DNA of 64,000 bases, taken from positions 14,184-78,183 of the forward strand of contig JAGBJJ010000031.1 in the NCBI GenBank assembly GCA_017934525.1, written 5' to 3'. The notes beneath the pieces are model-generated. The model was given only the letters and a program-made list of their open reading frames with translations. It was not told where the DNA came from and did no database searches. This DNA is from Prevotella sp. GTDB taxonomy: Bacteria; Bacteroidota; Bacteroidia; Bacteroidales; Bacteroidaceae. Position numbers and translations under genes: made by a program. This document shows, in pieces, positions 48,912-57,851 of this stretch (the first letter of the stretch is position 1; each line of letters begins with the position of its first letter).

Positions 48912-49769
48912 TCAAGGCACCTGCGGGAACTTCCCGAAATCGGGCTTACGCTTTTCCAGGAAGGCATGACCGCCTTCCTGGGCCTCGTCGAGGAAGTAAT
49001 AAAGCATGGTGGCGTCGCCCGCCAGCTGCTGTATGCCCGCCTGTCCGTCGAGTTCGGCATTGAGCCCAGCCTTAATCATGCGCAGAGCTATGGGCGAACG
49101 CTCCATCATCGTTTCTGCCCACTCTACACATTCGTCCTCAAGCTGCGCCAGCGGCACCACCTTGTTCACCATGCCCATTTGCTCAGCTTCACGCGCCGTG
49201 TACTGACGGCAGAGGAACCATATCTCGCGTGCCTTCTTCTGCCCCACGATGCGAGCCAGATAGCTTGAACCGAAGCCGGCATCAAACGAGCCCACCTTGG
49301 GGCCCGTCTGCCCAAAGACAGCATTCTCGGAGGCAATGGTCAAATCACAAACCAGGTGAAGCACGTGACCTCCGCCGATGGCATAGCCATTGACCATGGC
49401 GATGACGGGCTTGGGCAGGCGGCGAATCTGCATCTGCACATCAAGCACCGAGAGGCGCGGCACCCCTTCATCGTCAACATAGCCGCCACGCCCCTTCACG
49501 TGCATATCGCCACCGCTGCAGAAGGCATGCTTCACATCCTCCAGGCGTTTGCCCTCAGGCACCTCTGACATGGCGCCTGTGAGCAGCACCACACGGATGC
49601 GCTGCAGCTCTCGACACATGGCAAAGGCCTGGCTCAGCTCGAGTGTGGTCTTTGGCGTGAAGGCATTGCGATAGCGCGGCCGATTGATAGTCACCTTTGC
49701 AATGCCGTTATACTCTTCGAAGCATATCTCTTCGAACTTCCTGATCTCTTTCCATTCTCTGTTTGCCAT
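48912..49769 (-). CDS. menB: 1,4-dihydroxy-2-naphthoyl-CoA synthase
   Basis: [29 protein letters not shown] and [10 protein letters not shown]; start 49769 or 49778. Confidence 0.95.
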   Translation of the reverse strand: MANREWKEIRKFEEICFEEYNGIAKVTINRPRYRNAFTPKTTLELSQAFAMCRELQRIRVVLLTGAMSEVPEGKRLEDVKHAFCSGGDMHVKGRGGYVDDEGVPRLSVLDVQMQIRRLPKPVIAMVNGYAIGGGHVLHLVCDLTIASENAVFGQTGPKVGSFDAGFGSSYLARIVGQKKAREIWFLCRQYTAREAEQMGMVNKVVPLAQLEDECVEWAETMMERSPIALRMIKAGLNAELDGQAGIQQLAGDATMLYYFLDEAQEGGHAFLEKRKPDFGKFPQVP

Positions 49770-49883
49770 AGCATTCATGATTAAATATGCTTGCAAAGAT
49801 ACAAAAAATCGACGAAACACATGGCCATTTCAAGAAAAATAGTTAACTTTGCACACACTAAAACCTAAATATCCGTTTCCCTC

Positions 49884-51563
49884 ATGCTCCAAATACGCTG
49901 CAAGAACAACGGCATCACGAAGAGTTTCCCCGAAGGCACCTCGCTGCTCGATGTCTATCAGGAGTTTGCAAAAGAACTCCAGTTTCCCTATCCTGTGGTT
50001 TCGGCCAAAGTGAACAACGCTTCGCAGGGGCTGAAATTCCGCCTCTTCCAAAACCGCGATGTAGAGTTCCTTGACGCCCGCGAGGGCTCTGGCCACCGTT
50101 GCTACGTGCGCTCGCTCTGCTTCGTGCTCTACAAGGCCACCCAAGACCTGTTTCCGGGGTCGAAGCTGTTTATCGAGCATCCGCTGTCGCGTGGTTACTA
50201 CTGCAACTTCAAGAAGCGCAACAACGATGCACTGACCGACGACGACGTGAAGAACATCTGCCAGAGGATGCAAGAAATCATCAGCCTCGACATGCCATTC
50301 CGCCGTAACGAGGCCACAACAGAGGAAGCCGTACGCGTGTTTGCTGAACGAGGCTTCTCCGACAAGGTGAAACTGCTGGAGACAAGCGGCCAGATATACA
50401 GCGACTACTACATGCTGGGCGACACGGCCGACTACTACTACGGTCCGCTGGTGCCGTCGGCCGGCTATCTGAAGGTGTGGGGGCTGGAGCGCTACCACGA
50501 AGGTCTGCTGCTGCGTGTGCCCGACTGGAACGACCCTACCCATCTGGCCGAGAAGGTGGCCATGCCCAAGACATTTGACATGTTTGCCGAGAAGGTGCGG
50601 TGGGACATCATCATGCGCCTGTCGAATGCCGGCGACGTCAACAAGGCTGTGCTCAAAGGCCATGCCTCCGAGCTCATACAGGTGAGCGAGGCATTGCAGG
50701 AAAAGAAAATCGTACAGATAGCCGAAGAGATAGACCAGCGTTTCCACCGTGAGAAAGATCCCGTCAGGCTGGTGCTCATCACCGGACCGTCGTCGTCAGG
50801 GAAAACCACCTTCTGCAAACGACTCAGCGTGCAACTGTTGGCCTGCGGCCTGCGGCCTGTCTCTTTCTCCACCGACGATTACTTCGTCAACCGCTCCGAC
50901 ACGCCCCTTCTGCCCAATGGCGACTACGACTTCGACAACGTGGAGACCGTAGACCATGCCCTGCTTGAAGACCACCTGCAGCGGCTGATGCGAGGCGAGC
51001 GCGTAGAGATACCTGAATACAACTTCGTCACCGGCAAGCGCGAATACAACGGCAAGAAGCTGCGTCTCTCCAACGACAGTGTGCTCATCATCGAAGGCAT
51101 CCACGCCCTCAACCCGCTGCTTACCAGAAACATTGCCGACACGGCCAAATTCAAAATATACATCTCGGCACTGACGAGCATCTCGCTCGACGACCACAAC
51201 TGGATACCCACCCGCGACAATCGCTTGTTGCGCCGCATCATACGCGACTATAACAAGGGAGCCTACACCGCCCGCGAGACCATCAGCCAGTGGAAGAATG
51301 TGTGCGAAGCTGAAGACCAATGGATTTTCCCCTTCCAGGAAACAGCCGACGTGATGTTCAACTCGGCCCTCAACATCGAATTCGCCGTGCTGCGGCCGCA
51401 TGCCGAAATCATCCTCTCGTCTGTGCCGCGCAACTGCCCGGAGTATTCTGAGGCTCACCGTTTGCTGAAGTTCATCCACTACTTTATTCCCGTCAGCGAT
51501 AAAGAGATACCCCCCACGAGCATCATGCGTGAGTTCCTGGGCGGTTCAAGCTTCAAGTATTAA
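49884..51563 (+). CDS. Uridine kinase-family nucleoside kinase with N-terminal ThrRS-like (TGS + editing-like) region
   Basis: GPSSSGKTT, DDYF, IEGIHALNP and RLLRRIIRD; N-terminus resembles ThrRS N1/N2. Confidence 0.85.
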   Translation: MLQIRCKNNGITKSFPEGTSLLDVYQEFAKELQFPYPVVSAKVNNASQGLKFRLFQNRDVEFLDAREGSGHRCYVRSLCFVLYKATQDLFPGSKLFIEHPLSRGYYCNFKKRNNDALTDDDVKNICQRMQEIISLDMPFRRNEATTEEAVRVFAERGFSDKVKLLETSGQIYSDYYMLGDTADYYYGPLVPSAGYLKVWGLERYHEGLLLRVPDWNDPTHLAEKVAMPKTFDMFAEKVRWDIIMRLSNAGDVNKAVLKGHASELIQVSEALQEKKIVQIAEEIDQRFHREKDPVRLVLITGPSSSGKTTFCKRLSVQLLACGLRPVSFSTDDYFVNRSDTPLLPNGDYDFDNVETVDHALLEDHLQRLMRGERVEIPEYNFVTGKREYNGKKLRLSNDSVLIIEGIHALNPLLTRNIADTAKFKIYISALTSISLDDHNWIPTRDNRLLRRIIRDYNKGAYTARETISQWKNVCEAEDQWIFPFQETADVMFNSALNIEFAVLRPHAEIILSSVPRNCPEYSEAHRLLKFIHYFIPVSDKEIPPTSIMREFLGGSSFKY

Positions 51564-51585
51564 CGCACATCGCCTGCACAAAAGG

Positions 51586-51640
51586 AAAAGCATTCTGACT
51601 CCTGACATCACAGTTTCAGAGTCTGAATGCTTTTTTCTTT
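51586..51640. terminator. Bidirectional terminator
   Basis: AAAAGCATTC...GAATGCTTTT with flanking A/T tracts. Confidence 0.6.
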
Positions 51641-51701
51641 TACAGAGCCGGAGCACACACATGCCCGAGCCGATGACTGCAGAGAGCAGCCTTGCAGCGC
51701 A

Positions 51702-54700
51702 TTACTTGCGCGCCGTGAAGGTCCTGCTGCCCGAGAGCGAGCCTACCGATGGAGACGCCACAAAGCCATTGACCGCCTCGCCACCCACTGATGTCGCTGC
51801 ACCGATGGTGTACGACGTGCCGCTCGCCATCGACGGCGAGCTGACCAGCACGATGCCACTGTACGACTTAGGCACCTTGACAGCGAAGATGGGCGCAGAG
51901 TTCTCCATCAGCACATAGTAAGCCGAAGAAGAGACGCTGTTGGAGGTGTAGCCATAGGCCTGCGACCCAGCAGTGCTGGATGGATAGCCGTCTACACGTC
52001 CGCCGATGCCGAATATCTGTCCGCCCGTAAGCTCCATGGTCTTACGCTCCGCCACATCGAGGCCAGCCTCGGCGCCGCCGGCGCCAAAGCTCACCACGAC
52101 ACCGCCTTTAATATACATATTTCCGTTAGAGTCGATGCCGTCGTTGCCAGCAGAGTAGGCATACACTGCGCCCCCTGTGATGGTCATGTCGAGGGCTGAG
52201 TTTACCGCATCATCACTGCCTTGCACGTTGACCACGCCGCCCGAGACATTCATCTTCCCTTTCGACTCCATGCCTTCGTGACTGGCCGAATATACAGTCA
52301 GGCTGCCGCCGCTGACGCTGAGATCGCCTGCCGCCTTGATGCCCTTGGCACTCTTGCTGTTGTCTGATGAGCCGCCGCCACCCCACGGCCAGCCGCCATG
52401 GCCGCCATGGCCGCCACCCGACGAGGTGCCGTAATTAGTCCCCTCAGCACGTGCATTGACGATGCCACCATTGAAGTCGATGGTGCCGTCAGACGTCATG
52501 GCCCGTCCGCCCTGTCCTGTAGCCGTCAGTGTCAGCGTGCCGCCGTTGACGGTGATGCTCTTGTCGCTCTTCAGACAGACAGAGCCTTTCGGGTCGTTGC
52601 TCACTGATGTGTCGACACCCCCCGAAGACTTGACGGTGACCATCGTCTGGGCCACCTCGTCGCCAATCACCACAGGCCCCTCGGCCTTGATGCCTTTCGC
52701 CGCCAAGCCCGTCACACTGATGTTCAGATTGCCGCCCTGCATAGTGAAGGCGCCTGTGTTGTCGGCGTCAGCCGTGTCAACGGCCCCAGCGTCAGTTTTC
52801 ACGAAGTTCACGGCAATGCCGTCATCGCCAGCGGCCTCGACGGCCACCGATCCGCCCGTCTGCATAAAATACTGGTTGACATTGAATCCGTCCTGAGCAG
52901 CCTTCTTCACCGTGACAGAGCCACTTTCCACCTTCACATATTCGTCGCCCCAGAAAGCATGCTTGGCATTTCCTGTCAACATGAGCGAACCGCTGCCCTC
53001 GAAGTGGGTATGCCCGTTCACCATGAAGCATGCCTTCTGTGAGCCATTGGCTGCATCGACTAAATAATTCTGGGTATTGGCGGCCAGTGTCACCTTGATG
53101 CGCTTGCCGTTGCGTATGTTGACGGCGGCACTGTCGGCGCAGGTAAGATTAAGACCATTGAACACTAAGGTAGCTTTGTAGCTGCCGTCCATATAGAAAG
53201 AGCCCGACGGCGCAGTGCCGGAGAGCGTATATACTATCTCGTCGGCCACAGTGTCGTCAGCCACAAGCGCCACATGGGCGCCACTGATGCTGACCGTCAC
53301 CTGACGGGCGATATTGTCGGCAATGTCGACAGTGGCGGAGCTTCCGCTCCATACCACTGCCACATTGTTGTCTGCCAGCTGCGACACCTTCGCACTGCCA
53401 CTGGGCGATACCAGCACATAGGCTCCTGAGCACGAGTAGCCAGCCGGCACGGTATAGCTGATGCCGTCGTAGGTCAGCGTCTGGCCGGCGCTGATGTTCA
53501 CGCCTTTGTAGTAGGCAGCCGCCTGCGTCCCGCTGACCGAAGCACTTGCCTTGGCACCCACCCCCATCAACTTGCCACCGTTGATGACGAAGCCGCCAGA
53601 GACGACATCGGTGTTGAAAGCCTTATTCTTCGACACAGCATAAAACTCACCGCCGCTGATGGTAATCACGCCCGTGGCCTTCACAGCATTGGGCTTAGCC
53701 TCGCTGGTTGTGCCCTCGGCATACACGCCGCCCAGGGCCAATGCCTCCACCCTGCCACCGCTGACGCTCAGTGCGCCCTTGGTGCCGATGGCCTTCGAGC
53801 CGGCTCCGGTGGCTATCAGCTTCAGCGTGCCGCCACTGATGGTCATGTCAGCCTCTGACTTCAGCGCTTTCACGTCGTCAGCCGCCGTGGTCGCCGTGAG
53901 CATACCGCCGTTGATGAACACCTGCCCATTGAACTCATCGGCCACGTTGGTCGTAGCAGACACGTCGACACCGTCGCCAGCCACATTGTCAACCACCACG
54001 TTGCCGCCGTTCATCTCCAGATACTGCTCCACGTGAAGTCCGTCGGCAGCAGCCTTCACCACGTTGATAGTGCCCGTGAAGGTTTTCTTCAGCTTGGTGT
54101 ACTCGTCGCTGCGATAGGCATGCTTGGCATTGCCCGTCAGACTGACGGTACCGCCACCCGAGAACTCCGCGTGGCCGTTCACGAAGAAGCAAGCCTTCTG
54201 CGTACCCAGCGCATAGTCGGCAAAGGTGTTCATCGTGCCGTCGGTCACCACGATGTCGATGCGCTTACCGTTCTCAATGTCAACGGCTGCCCCTCTGCCA
54301 CTTGTCAGACTGACACCGTTGAGCACCACAGTGGCTTTCAGTTCACCGTCCATGGTGAACGAGCCGTCTGTCGCAGCACCAGAGAGCGTGTAAGTGATTT
54401 CATCCACCACATCAGCACTCTGCACCAGAGTCACATGGGCGCCGTCTACCGTAGCCGTCATATACTGTGCAATGTTGCCTGCCATCACGACCTGGGCCGT
54501 TGTACCGGCATAACTCACGCTGACGGTGTTGTCGGCCACCTCGCTGTCATCAATATATATTCTCGTAATATCGCTCACCATGAAAGTTTTGCCACATACG
54601 GTCAGTTCCGTTCCGCCGGCAGAATAGACCATGTCACCTGTCTGGGCAGCCTTGAAAGCGGTGGTCACGTTAGCCGTCTGCACATTCATGGTCTGAGCGA

Positions 54701-54758
54701 AAGACACCGCTGCTGAGCATGCGATGCCTGTTATGGCCAATAGTCGCTTCATCATCAT
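51702..54758 (-). CDS. Secreted protein with two tandem Cthe_2159/DUF4353-like beta-helix carbohydrate-binding domains
   Basis: Signal peptide; repeated YTLSG, L.L.GV.L, DG.., I.GG, D.IDSNG and AGLD motifs; duplicated at 387-aa spacing. Confidence 0.8.
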   Translation of the reverse strand: MMMKRLLAITGIACSAAVSFAQTMNVQTANVTTAFKAAQTGDMVYSAGGTELTVCGKTFMVSDITRIYIDDSEVADNTVSVSYAGTTAQVVMAGNIAQYMTATVDGAHVTLVQSADVVDEITYTLSGAATDGSFTMDGELKATVVLNGVSLTSGRGAAVDIENGKRIDIVVTDGTMNTFADYALGTQKACFFVNGHAEFSGGGTVSLTGNAKHAYRSDEYTKLKKTFTGTINVVKAAADGLHVEQYLEMNGGNVVVDNVAGDGVDVSATTNVADEFNGQVFINGGMLTATTAADDVKALKSEADMTISGGTLKLIATGAGSKAIGTKGALSVSGGRVEALALGGVYAEGTTSEAKPNAVKATGVITISGGEFYAVSKNKAFNTDVVSGGFVINGGKLMGVGAKASASVSGTQAAAYYKGVNISAGQTLTYDGISYTVPAGYSCSGAYVLVSPSGSAKVSQLADNNVAVVWSGSSATVDIADNIARQVTVSISGAHVALVADDTVADEIVYTLSGTAPSGSFYMDGSYKATLVFNGLNLTCADSAAVNIRNGKRIKVTLAANTQNYLVDAANGSQKACFMVNGHTHFEGSGSLMLTGNAKHAFWGDEYVKVESGSVTVKKAAQDGFNVNQYFMQTGGSVAVEAAGDDGIAVNFVKTDAGAVDTADADNTGAFTMQGGNLNISVTGLAAKGIKAEGPVVIGDEVAQTMVTVKSSGGVDTSVSNDPKGSVCLKSDKSITVNGGTLTLTATGQGGRAMTSDGTIDFNGGIVNARAEGTNYGTSSGGGHGGHGGWPWGGGGSSDNSKSAKGIKAAGDLSVSGGSLTVYSASHEGMESKGKMNVSGGVVNVQGSDDAVNSALDMTITGGAVYAYSAGNDGIDSNGNMYIKGGVVVSFGAGGAEAGLDVAERKTMELTGGQIFGIGGRVDGYPSSTAGSQAYGYTSNSVSSSAYYVLMENSAPIFAVKVPKSYSGIVLVSSPSMASGTSYTIGAATSVGGEAVNGFVASPSVGSLSGSRTFTARK

Positions 54759-55207
54759 CGTACATGTATTTTAGTAGTTTTGTCATTCACTCTCACCACA
54801 TAGACACCGGGGCGCAACGGTGTGTTGACCGGCTCTGCACCCGTGGTGTAGCGGTCGACAAGCATACCGCTGACACTGCTCACCAGTACGCGGGTGCCGG
54901 CGGGTGCCTGTATCTGCAGCAGCCGGTCGTTGACGCGCAGCGTGTAGGGCGCCTCCAATGCGTTGCCGATGCCGTTAGTTTCCTCTTGCGAGAATCGCAT
55001 CGAGGCCAGCTGTGCCAGGTCGAACTGCGTCGTCACCCCCCCGGCCTTTGCGTTGAGCTGGCCGTCAGCGAAGGTAATCACTAACCCCGTCGTGGGCACC
55101 GACGTCTCTGTGCCGTCCAGCTGTCTCACGATGAGATAGCCGTAGTCGTAGGCTGCTGCTTGTATGACCATGGCGAGCAGCCCTGCCATCATCAAAAACT
55201 TCTTCAT
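54755..55207 (-). CDS. Small secreted protein with T9SS CTD-like C-terminus
   Basis: Signal peptide MKKFLMM...AAA; ends LRPGVYVVRVNDKTTKIHVR; ATGA overlap with the next gene. Confidence 0.7.
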   Translation of the reverse strand: MKKFLMMAGLLAMVIQAAAYDYGYLIVRQLDGTETSVPTTGLVITFADGQLNAKAGGVTTQFDLAQLASMRFSQEETNGIGNALEAPYTLRVNDRLLQIQAPAGTRVLVSSVSGMLVDRYTTGAEPVNTPLRPGVYVVRVNDKTTKIHVR

Positions 55208-55371
55208 AATTTCTCTGGTTCCTCTTTCTTCATAAAACAATACTCTCACATGAAGCATAAGCGAATGCCTGCAACTCAGAGGAGACAGGGCATAATGACA
55301 GCCCCGTAGCGTTCATACAAAAAGGGGGGCACGTCCAGTCGCCCAGATGCCCCCCATGGTTCAGCCGAAGC

Positions 55372-56010
55372 TTATTTCAGACCGGCACCCTTCAGCAATT
55401 TGTCGGCGCCTTCATTCACTTTGTCGTTCACCTTGTTGGCAGCCTCGTTCACCTTGTCGGCAGCAGCTTTCTTGGTGTCCTCCACCTTCTGGTTGGCGGC
55501 ATCCACGGCCTCGTTGGCCTTGTCAGCCACAGCCTGCTTCACCTCCTCAGCAGTTGCGTTGGCCTGATCCACGGCATTTTCCACTGCTTCCTGGCCGGCG
55601 TTCTCCACGTTGCCCACGGCCTGCTGCAGATTGCTGATGATGCTCTCGGCCGGTGTCTCCACAAGGGTCGACACGGCGGTGCTCACCAGAGCGTTGTCGC
55701 CCACCACGGCCTTCACCTTCTCCGCGTTGTCTTTCAGGAAGCTCTGCACCTTACCCAGATACTCCTTGGCCAGGTCGGGATTGGTGGCCAGCAGTTCGGC
55801 AGCCTTGGCCTTCACAGTCTCAATCAGTTCGCCAAGCTTGGTAGCGTTGCCTTCATCGAGCAGAGCGCTCATCTGTCCGGTGACATCGTCGGCGAGTGTG
55901 CTCACTTCTACTTGCTGCTCATCGGCCGGAGCCTCACTTTTTGCGTTGTTTCCACACGATGCGAATCCGATGGTCATAGCTACCATCACCATACATAACA
56001 CTTTTTTCAT
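55372..56010 (-). CDS. Ala-rich helical lipoprotein with 11/22-residue repeats
   Basis: FASC lipobox; C-terminal ADKANEAV/ADKVNEAA/NDKVNEGA repeats. Confidence 0.8.
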   Translation of the reverse strand: MKKVLCMVMVAMTIGFASCGNNAKSEAPADEQQVEVSTLADDVTGQMSALLDEGNATKLGELIETVKAKAAELLATNPDLAKEYLGKVQSFLKDNAEKVKAVVGDNALVSTAVSTLVETPAESIISNLQQAVGNVENAGQEAVENAVDQANATAEEVKQAVADKANEAVDAANQKVEDTKKAAADKVNEAANKVNDKVNEGADKLLKGAGLK

Positions 56011-56106
56011 AATGCTTTTTTGTTTGTTAATTGGTTAATCATAAACTTACTCTGGCGGCAAAATTACACATTATTGCCGAAAAACACAAAAAAAATGGAA
56101 AAATCT

Positions 56107-56138
56107 TTTGGCGAGAAACAAAATTTTAGTTATTTTTG
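56107..56138 (+). promoter_or_regulatory. Primary-sigma promoter of menI-menF-menD
   Basis: TTTG 56107-56110, 20-nt spacer, TATTTTTG 56131-56138. Confidence 0.6.
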
Positions 56139-56283
56139 CGAAATTATCAACTCAACCTGCGAAAGTTGAGTAGGAGTTGAGGATATTCTACTTTACCTCC
56201 GCCACCCGACCTTTGGCCGCTTCGCTCTGCGAAGAGCTCCTTGCTCCACGTCACATAAAAGTTGAGCGAATGAGAAACTAAAA

Positions 56284-56694
56284 ATGAATGTAGACAGAAT
56301 AAAACAGATTGTAGAATCAACGCCCAACCTGAGCACTGCGTTGGGCATGGAGTTTATATCAACCCCCGAAGACGATACGTGCATGGCCCGTATGCGTGTC
56401 GACGAGCGCAACCGCCAGCCCTTCGGTTTTCTCAGTGGCGGCGCCTCGCTGGCCTTGGCCGAGAATCTGGCCGGTGTGGGGTCGTCGTCGCTTTGCCCGG
56501 GCTGCGCTTGCGTAGGTATCGAGGTCAGCGGCAGCCATGTGAAGGCCGTCAGCGAAGGCGACAGCGTGACAGCCTATGGGCGACTGGTGAGTGGCGGTCA
56601 CACGCTGCATGTTTGGAATGTTGAGATACGCAACACATCGGGCGAGCTGATATCATCAGTGCGCGTCACTAACTATATCATCCGCCACAAATGA
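56284..56694 (+). CDS. menI: PaaI/hotdog thioesterase, probable DHNA-CoA hydrolase
   Basis: QPFGFLSGGASLALAE and GIEVSGSHV; first gene of the men cluster. Confidence 0.8.
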   Translation: MNVDRIKQIVESTPNLSTALGMEFISTPEDDTCMARMRVDERNRQPFGFLSGGASLALAENLAGVGSSSLCPGCACVGIEVSGSHVKAVSEGDSVTAYGRLVSGGHTLHVWNVEIRNTSGELISSVRVTNYIIRHK

Positions 56695-57851
56695 TGAGCT
56701 TTGCCTTCTATCGCCTGCCGCGCAGCCGACAGGTTGTATGCATACAACAGCAGGGCATGCCGACCACCTTCGGCTCGCTCAGCGATCTCAATGGCCACAG
56801 CGGCTTCGTGGTGGCTCCGTTTGCTATAGATGCCAGTCAGCCCGTGGTGCTCATCAGGCCTGACGACATAAGCATCGTGGACGACAGCACCCTGCTGGCC
56901 GACATACAGTTTCCGCCCCTCAACGAGGCGGCGTCGTCGCTTGCTTGCGCTGGCGTCGACACCTCTGAACCAGAATCCGCGCGTGCCGCTTATGGTGCCG
57001 ACTTCGCCCATTTCCATCAAGCACTGTCGGACGGCATGTTCCGCAAGCTGGTGCTGGCACGCTGTGCCACAGTGGTTCCCCATGGGGCGACAGCCAATCC
57101 GCTGCTGCTCTTTGCCGAGGCATGCAGCTGTTATCCGCAACTCTTCGTCTCGCTGGTCTATACGCCGCAGAGCGGCCTCTGGCTGACCGCCACGCCCGAA
57201 ATTCTGCTTGAGAGCGACGGCACCCAGTGGACCACCATCGCGTTGGCCGGCACCATGCCATTGCCCGCCGACAGCAGCCCTGACGCCCTGGAGCAGCTAC
57301 AGTGGTCGGCCAAGAACCGCGAGGAGCAACGCATTGTGGCTGACTACATACGGCAATGTCTGCAGCCCTATGCGACTGACGTGAGCGAAGCAGGGCCGCG
57401 CACCGTGAGGGCTGCCCAGCTAGTTCACCTTCGCAGCGACTTCCACTTCACCTTATTAAATGATGCACGCGTGGGCAACTTGCTGCAGTCACTCCACCCC
57501 ACCCCCGCCGTCTGCGGTCTGCCTAAGGCCGAGGCGCAGCGCTTCATCCTCGCCAACGAGCATGCCCCACGGCGCTACTACAGCGGTTTCATGGGTCCTC
57601 TGCAGATGGCTGTCGCTCCCCATGGGCCTGCCGCCACCCACCTCTACGTGTCGTTGCGTTGCATGCAGCTCTTCACCACCCACTTCCGTCTGTATGCCGG
57701 CGGCGGACTGCTGCCGGAGAGCGTGGAGCAACAGGAGTGGGCCGAAACCGAGGCCAAGATGCAAACCATGCGCCAATTGACAGAATGCCAAGACCGGCAG
57801 AGCATCGCTGTATCGAAAAGAAAAAGAGAAATAACAGAGAAAAGTGTATAG
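56691..57851 (+). CDS. menF: Isochorismate synthase
   Basis: KLVLAR, ATPE, ALAGT, KNREEQ, LHPTPAVCG and YAGGG. Confidence 0.9.
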   Translation: MMSFAFYRLPRSRQVVCIQQQGMPTTFGSLSDLNGHSGFVVAPFAIDASQPVVLIRPDDISIVDDSTLLADIQFPPLNEAASSLACAGVDTSEPESARAAYGADFAHFHQALSDGMFRKLVLARCATVVPHGATANPLLLFAEACSCYPQLFVSLVYTPQSGLWLTATPEILLESDGTQWTTIALAGTMPLPADSSPDALEQLQWSAKNREEQRIVADYIRQCLQPYATDVSEAGPRTVRAAQLVHLRSDFHFTLLNDARVGNLLQSLHPTPAVCGLPKAEAQRFILANEHAPRRYYSGFMGPLQMAVAPHGPAATHLYVSLRCMQLFTTHFRLYAGGGLLPESVEQQEWAETEAKMQTMRQLTECQDRQSIAVSKRKREITEKSV

